Translations under genes and position numbers: made by a program
The notes under the pieces: generated by a model
What the model saw: only the letters and a program-made list of their open reading frames with translations
The model's database searches: none
What the model was told of the DNA's origin: nothing
Source of the DNA: Laribacter sp.
GTDB lineage: Bacteria > Pseudomonadota > Gammaproteobacteria > Burkholderiales > Aquaspirillaceae
DNA length: 46,753 nt
NCBI GenBank assembly: GCA_018055005.1
Contig: JAGPIM010000001.1
Location: 1 to 46,753 of the forward strand
Reading direction: 5' to 3'
In this document: piece by piece, positions 43,570 through 46,753 of the stretch
How the letters are laid out: each line of letters starts with the position of its first letter
Numbering within the stretch: the first letter of the stretch is position 1

Positions 43570-44570
43570 GGCTGCAGCCCTTTGGCTGCTGGCAGGTAAA
43601 GCACGGCACCCTCGTCAGGATTTTCCAGCAGGTCGATCCGGAAAAGCTCTGGTACCGACTCGGCAAACTCACGGGCGATCCACCGGGCAATACCAGCGCA
43701 GTCAGTTGCATCAATGGCGGACAGACGATCCAGCGGGTGATGATCCAGTTGTGCATACACGGGCTTGAAGCGAGCCTTGATCTCGCCGAAATCACGCACC
43801 CAGCCCGTGTGGTCACTCATGATTCCTGCCAGGACCAGGCGTACGAGGTAACTGTGACCGGTATAGCGCCCCGTATGATCGAATGGTACGGCGGCCTCGA
43901 AATGCTGTTCTTTCCAGATCCGGAATCCTAGCCCGTCATAGCGACTGCCAGCCGAAGCCGTTTCAAACACTTCAACAGCCTGCAAACCGGACAGGGACGG
44001 CTGTAGTTGCTGCCAGATCCAGCAGGCCAGCATTTCACTGGTGGGATTGGACAGACCGGCAATGTCGTTCAGCAAGCGGTGGTGCAGGGTGGCATGCAGT
44101 GGCTGCCAGGCAGAGTGCAGCTCCGCTGCATCATGCTGGCCTGCATCGGCGACAAGGCGTACGCCAAAACCGTGTCCGTGCAGACGACCGCACTGGTGTC
44201 CGGCCGGGACATGAGGCAGCCAGTGGGCTGCTTCGAAGTGGCCGGAAATGCAAATGCGTCGCTGACCGTCAGGATCCAGTTCCGATTCCAGCCCGGGAGC
44301 CGAGCGCAACGACAGTGCGGCAGGAACGGGCAGTTGACTCGCAAACCATTCCAGCAGGAACTGGTCATCCGCATGACCGAAGTGATGATCCAGGTCGGTG
44401 TAATTCAGCGGCGCGGTGATACGGGCCAGCTGTGCACGCAGATCCGGCAAAGACATGTCCGCCCTGGCATGCAGGAGAAAGCTGTGACCGTGCCGCTGGT
44501 GTGTACCATTGGCCAGCGGCAGGCTGCGGGCGGCTTCAAAACCACAGCAGGCTTGATGCAGACAGGGCAT
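43566..44570 (-). CDS. queD: 6-carboxytetrahydropterin synthase, three tandem PTPS-like domains
   Basis: Three FEAA...GH repeats: FEAARSL...HGHSF, FEAAHWLPHVPAGHQCGRLHGHGF...NPTSE, FEAAVPF...TGHSY...DFGEIK...LDHH; located between queC and queE. Confidence 0.85.
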   Translation of the reverse strand: MPCLHQACCGFEAARSLPLANGTHQRHGHSFLLHARADMSLPDLRAQLARITAPLNYTDLDHHFGHADDQFLLEWFASQLPVPAALSLRSAPGLESELDPDGQRRICISGHFEAAHWLPHVPAGHQCGRLHGHGFGVRLVADAGQHDAAELHSAWQPLHATLHHRLLNDIAGLSNPTSEMLACWIWQQLQPSLSGLQAVEVFETASAGSRYDGLGFRIWKEQHFEAAVPFDHTGRYTGHSYLVRLVLAGIMSDHTGWVRDFGEIKARFKPVYAQLDHHPLDRLSAIDATDCAGIARWIAREFAESVPELFRIDLLENPDEGAVLYLPAAKGLQP

Positions 44571-44571
44571 G

Positions 44572-45261
44572 TCAGGCTCCTGTCAGCCGGTTCAGCAAAG
44601 GATCGGGAATGCCTGCCTCTGCAAAACCTTTGGCTCGCAATACACAGGCCGCGCATTGTCCGCAGGGAGGTACGGCTCCGGCGTAGCAGGTATGACTGAA
44701 GGCCAGCGCCGGCATGGCTCCGACGGTCCGGGCCAGTGCGACGGTATCGGCCTTGGACAGGAACATCAGCGGCATGTGCAACCGCATGCGCGATTCCATG
44801 CCCAGATTGATGGCCAGCTCCAGTGCGCGCAGGGTGTTTTCGCGGCAATCGGGATAGCCGGAGTAGTCGGTCTGTGCCACACCGGTAACTATGTGGCGAA
44901 TGCCGCGAGGCCAGGCACAGGCTGCTGCAAACGTCAGGAAAATCAGGTTTCGGCCTGGTACAAAGGTATTGGGCAGCATGCTGTCTGTACCCGGAACCGT
45001 GTCTGGTGACATTTGCCGGTCTGTCAGGGCGTTGCCCCCCAGGGCAGAGAAGGTATTGATCGGAATGATCGTGTGGCCGACCCCGGCCATTGCGGCAACG
45101 GTTCGTGCAGCATCAAGCTCGACCCGGTGTCGTTGGCCATAGTCGAAGGAGATGGCGCTGACCTGCTCAAAGCGGGACAAGGCCCAGTAGAGGCAGGTGG
45201 TCGAATCCTGACCTCCGGATAGCACGACAAGCGCGTGCTCGGGATCGCGTTGGGAATCCAT
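44572..45261 (-). CDS. queC: 7-cyano-7-deazaguanine synthase
   Basis: LSGGQDSTT, FDYGQRH, TFVPGRN, YSGYPDCR, TCY...CGQCAAC. Confidence 0.96.
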   Translation of the reverse strand: MDSQRDPEHALVVLSGGQDSTTCLYWALSRFEQVSAISFDYGQRHRVELDAARTVAAMAGVGHTIIPINTFSALGGNALTDRQMSPDTVPGTDSMLPNTFVPGRNLIFLTFAAACAWPRGIRHIVTGVAQTDYSGYPDCRENTLRALELAINLGMESRMRLHMPLMFLSKADTVALARTVGAMPALAFSHTCYAGAVPPCGQCAACVLRAKGFAEAGIPDPLLNRLTGA

Positions 45262-45483
45262 ATTGTGTGACTTTCGAGTAACAGTCGAAGCAAAAACACG
45301 CCTCCGATCAGTCTCACGGGGCGCGGGAAGCGTATTTTACGCTAAAGGGGACTTTCCGGAACCTGCTTCCAGACGAGTAACGGTAAGCTTCCCTCTCTGA
45401 GTTGAATTTTGAACAAAATGGTGTGGCTATCGCTCATGATCCTGCTGCTTTTGCCTCCTTAGCCCGTATTTCCCGGGCCACAG

Positions 45484-46150
45484 AGGCACTTCGGATGTCT
45501 GAAGGTTTTTCAGCGAGCATACCCGCATCGGGTTGCTGGCCAAGCACGGTGAGGTGCAGCTGCATGGTTGCACGCGGTAAGCCGACACAGCTCAGGAACT
45601 TGCCGCCCCAAGCTTGCAGCACTGTGAACGGCTTTCGTCATGTACACGAATCCTGCCGACCCGCTGGCTGCTACACCTTGCCTGGGCGCCGGATGGAGCT
45701 TGTTTCGGCTTGGTCTGCCGCACACATTTGAAGATGTCCGATGTGGTGTAGCCTTGATCAGGTTACAGATCCCTGCCGCTCGAACACTTTCAACAACAGA
45801 ATGAGACTGGTCACCTTCGTTGGCGGGACAGACATGCACGGTGTGGATCCGTGTGCAGCACAAAAATCTTTGTGCCATGTTTACCCGCCCAGCAGACATT
45901 GGCGTCCTGCGCGCGAGCTCACTGGTCGAACTGGAAGCGGCATTTCATCCTGCTTGATCCGCATCTGTGCAGTTCTGGCCTGAATGTTGCACTGAACCGG
46001 CACGAGAGTGGTGTCGATCATCTGGTCACAACGGGCCGGATCGCCTTTGGCCTGCAACTGACGGTTCATTTTGTCGGACAGTCTTGCGTCTGGCTTCGCC
46101 AGCACCTCTTTGCTTGAGTGAAGCATGTCCCGAAGTTTCGCAGCCCGTCC
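45484..46150 (-). mobile_element. Highly decayed IS5-family transposase remnant
   Basis: Fragments in shifting frames: MNRQLQAKG..ARCDQMIDTTLVPV, RIHTVHVCPANEGD, DQGY, AWGGKFLSCVGLPRATMQLHL. They match the order of IS5/IS1106-type motifs (GQIIDAT, ANxHD, ADxGY, GGKxxRxIGLARA). Boundaries approximate. Confidence 0.6.
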
Positions 46151-46658
46151 ACCCCGGCGGGCTGTGTTTTTTTGTCCGCAGCCGGATGACGGCATGTCCG
46201 ACAGAGGAGGATGTGCACCGCGGTCAGTTCATGCGGGCAATGGCATATTTGCGAAAAGACTTGTCGACAGTCGTCAATGCTCATGTAATTCCCGGCGGCG
46301 GGTGCGGTAACGGGTAGCCAGGGCATGTTCATGCCGCTTGAAAAACCGGCATTGGTCGATTTCGGGGGCTTGGTTGTCTCTGCCATGGCTGCCTTGCCGC
46401 GCCAGGAAGAACCATCCGGCGGATGGTGCGCGGGCAATCACCGGGTTTTGAGGCAAAGGCCGCATCGGCCTGGCCGCAACAGCATCCTGAAGGAGGGAAG
46501 CGTTCGTCGAGGCAATGTTTGCGTTACCGGGCATCTCGCGGCACACTCGCCCGCGTTTTTCCGCGCGAGGGGCGCGGCAGCCTTGACCCGTCGGCTAGCA
46601 AGATGGACGGGAATCGTCGGCCAGCGCTGGCCGGCGTGCCTCCCCCTGGAGTGCTTTC

Positions 46659-46753
46659 ATGACCGAAATCATCGGTGACGGTGCCTTCCGTCGTCCGGGC
46701 CTGTACGGCTCCACTATCGAAAACACCTACGCCGGCGCCCTGTCTTTCATGCG
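46659..46753 (+). CDS. speB: Agmatinase, 5' fragment (runs off the window)
   Basis: MTEIIGDGAFRRPGLYGSTIENTYAGALSFMR after a GGAG SD resembles proteobacterial agmatinase N-termini; only ~31 codons visible. Confidence 0.7.
   Translation, partial: MTEIIGDGAFRRPGLYGSTIENTYAGALSFM

Noticed and set aside
42488-45261. 7-deazaguanine DNA-modification (dpd) defence island
   Set aside because: No dpdA/tgtA5, dpdB-K or nuclease genes in the window; QueF presence fits the tRNA queuosine route.
46450-46500. c-di-GMP-I riboswitch-like GGCAAA...GCCGCAAC
   Set aside because: No GNRA tetraloop or receptor and no convincing P3 stem.

Overview
A GC-rich betaproteobacterial chromosomal window. Gene content and order look Neisseriales-like, possibly Laribacter/Chromobacterium (inference only). 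It is mostly housekeeping and metabolic: ettA, a TauE/SafE transporter, a frameshifted MASE1-type membrane sensor, divergent selD/selU, two APC permeases, yejB-[diguanylate cyclase]-yejE-yejF, xseA, lpxK-ycaR-kdsB-adk, a GT4 glycosyltransferase, prkA(yeaG)-yeaH-spoVR, nested IS481/IS3 remnants, phaB<>phaC-phaA, valS, a FIST-GGDEF protein, a soluble chemoreceptor, a SatP-family transporter, queC-queD-queE-queF, a decayed IS5 and the start of speB. I saw no CRISPR array, tRNA, rRNA, prophage or defence system. The best leads are: (1) an unannotated, structured ~160-nt candidate trans-acting sRNA at 9313-9473; (2) an atypical preQ1 operon with a three-domain QueD, a short unimodular QueF and an attenuator-like leader; (3) a G8-tract frameshift that may be a phase-variable switch; (4) selD and selU start codons only 12 bp apart, head-to-head; (5) a diguanylate cyclase embedded in yejBEF; (6) a DnaA-box cluster away from the origin; (7) a smooth AT-rich valley running through intact genes. 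All calls come from reading motifs by eye; no database searches were run.
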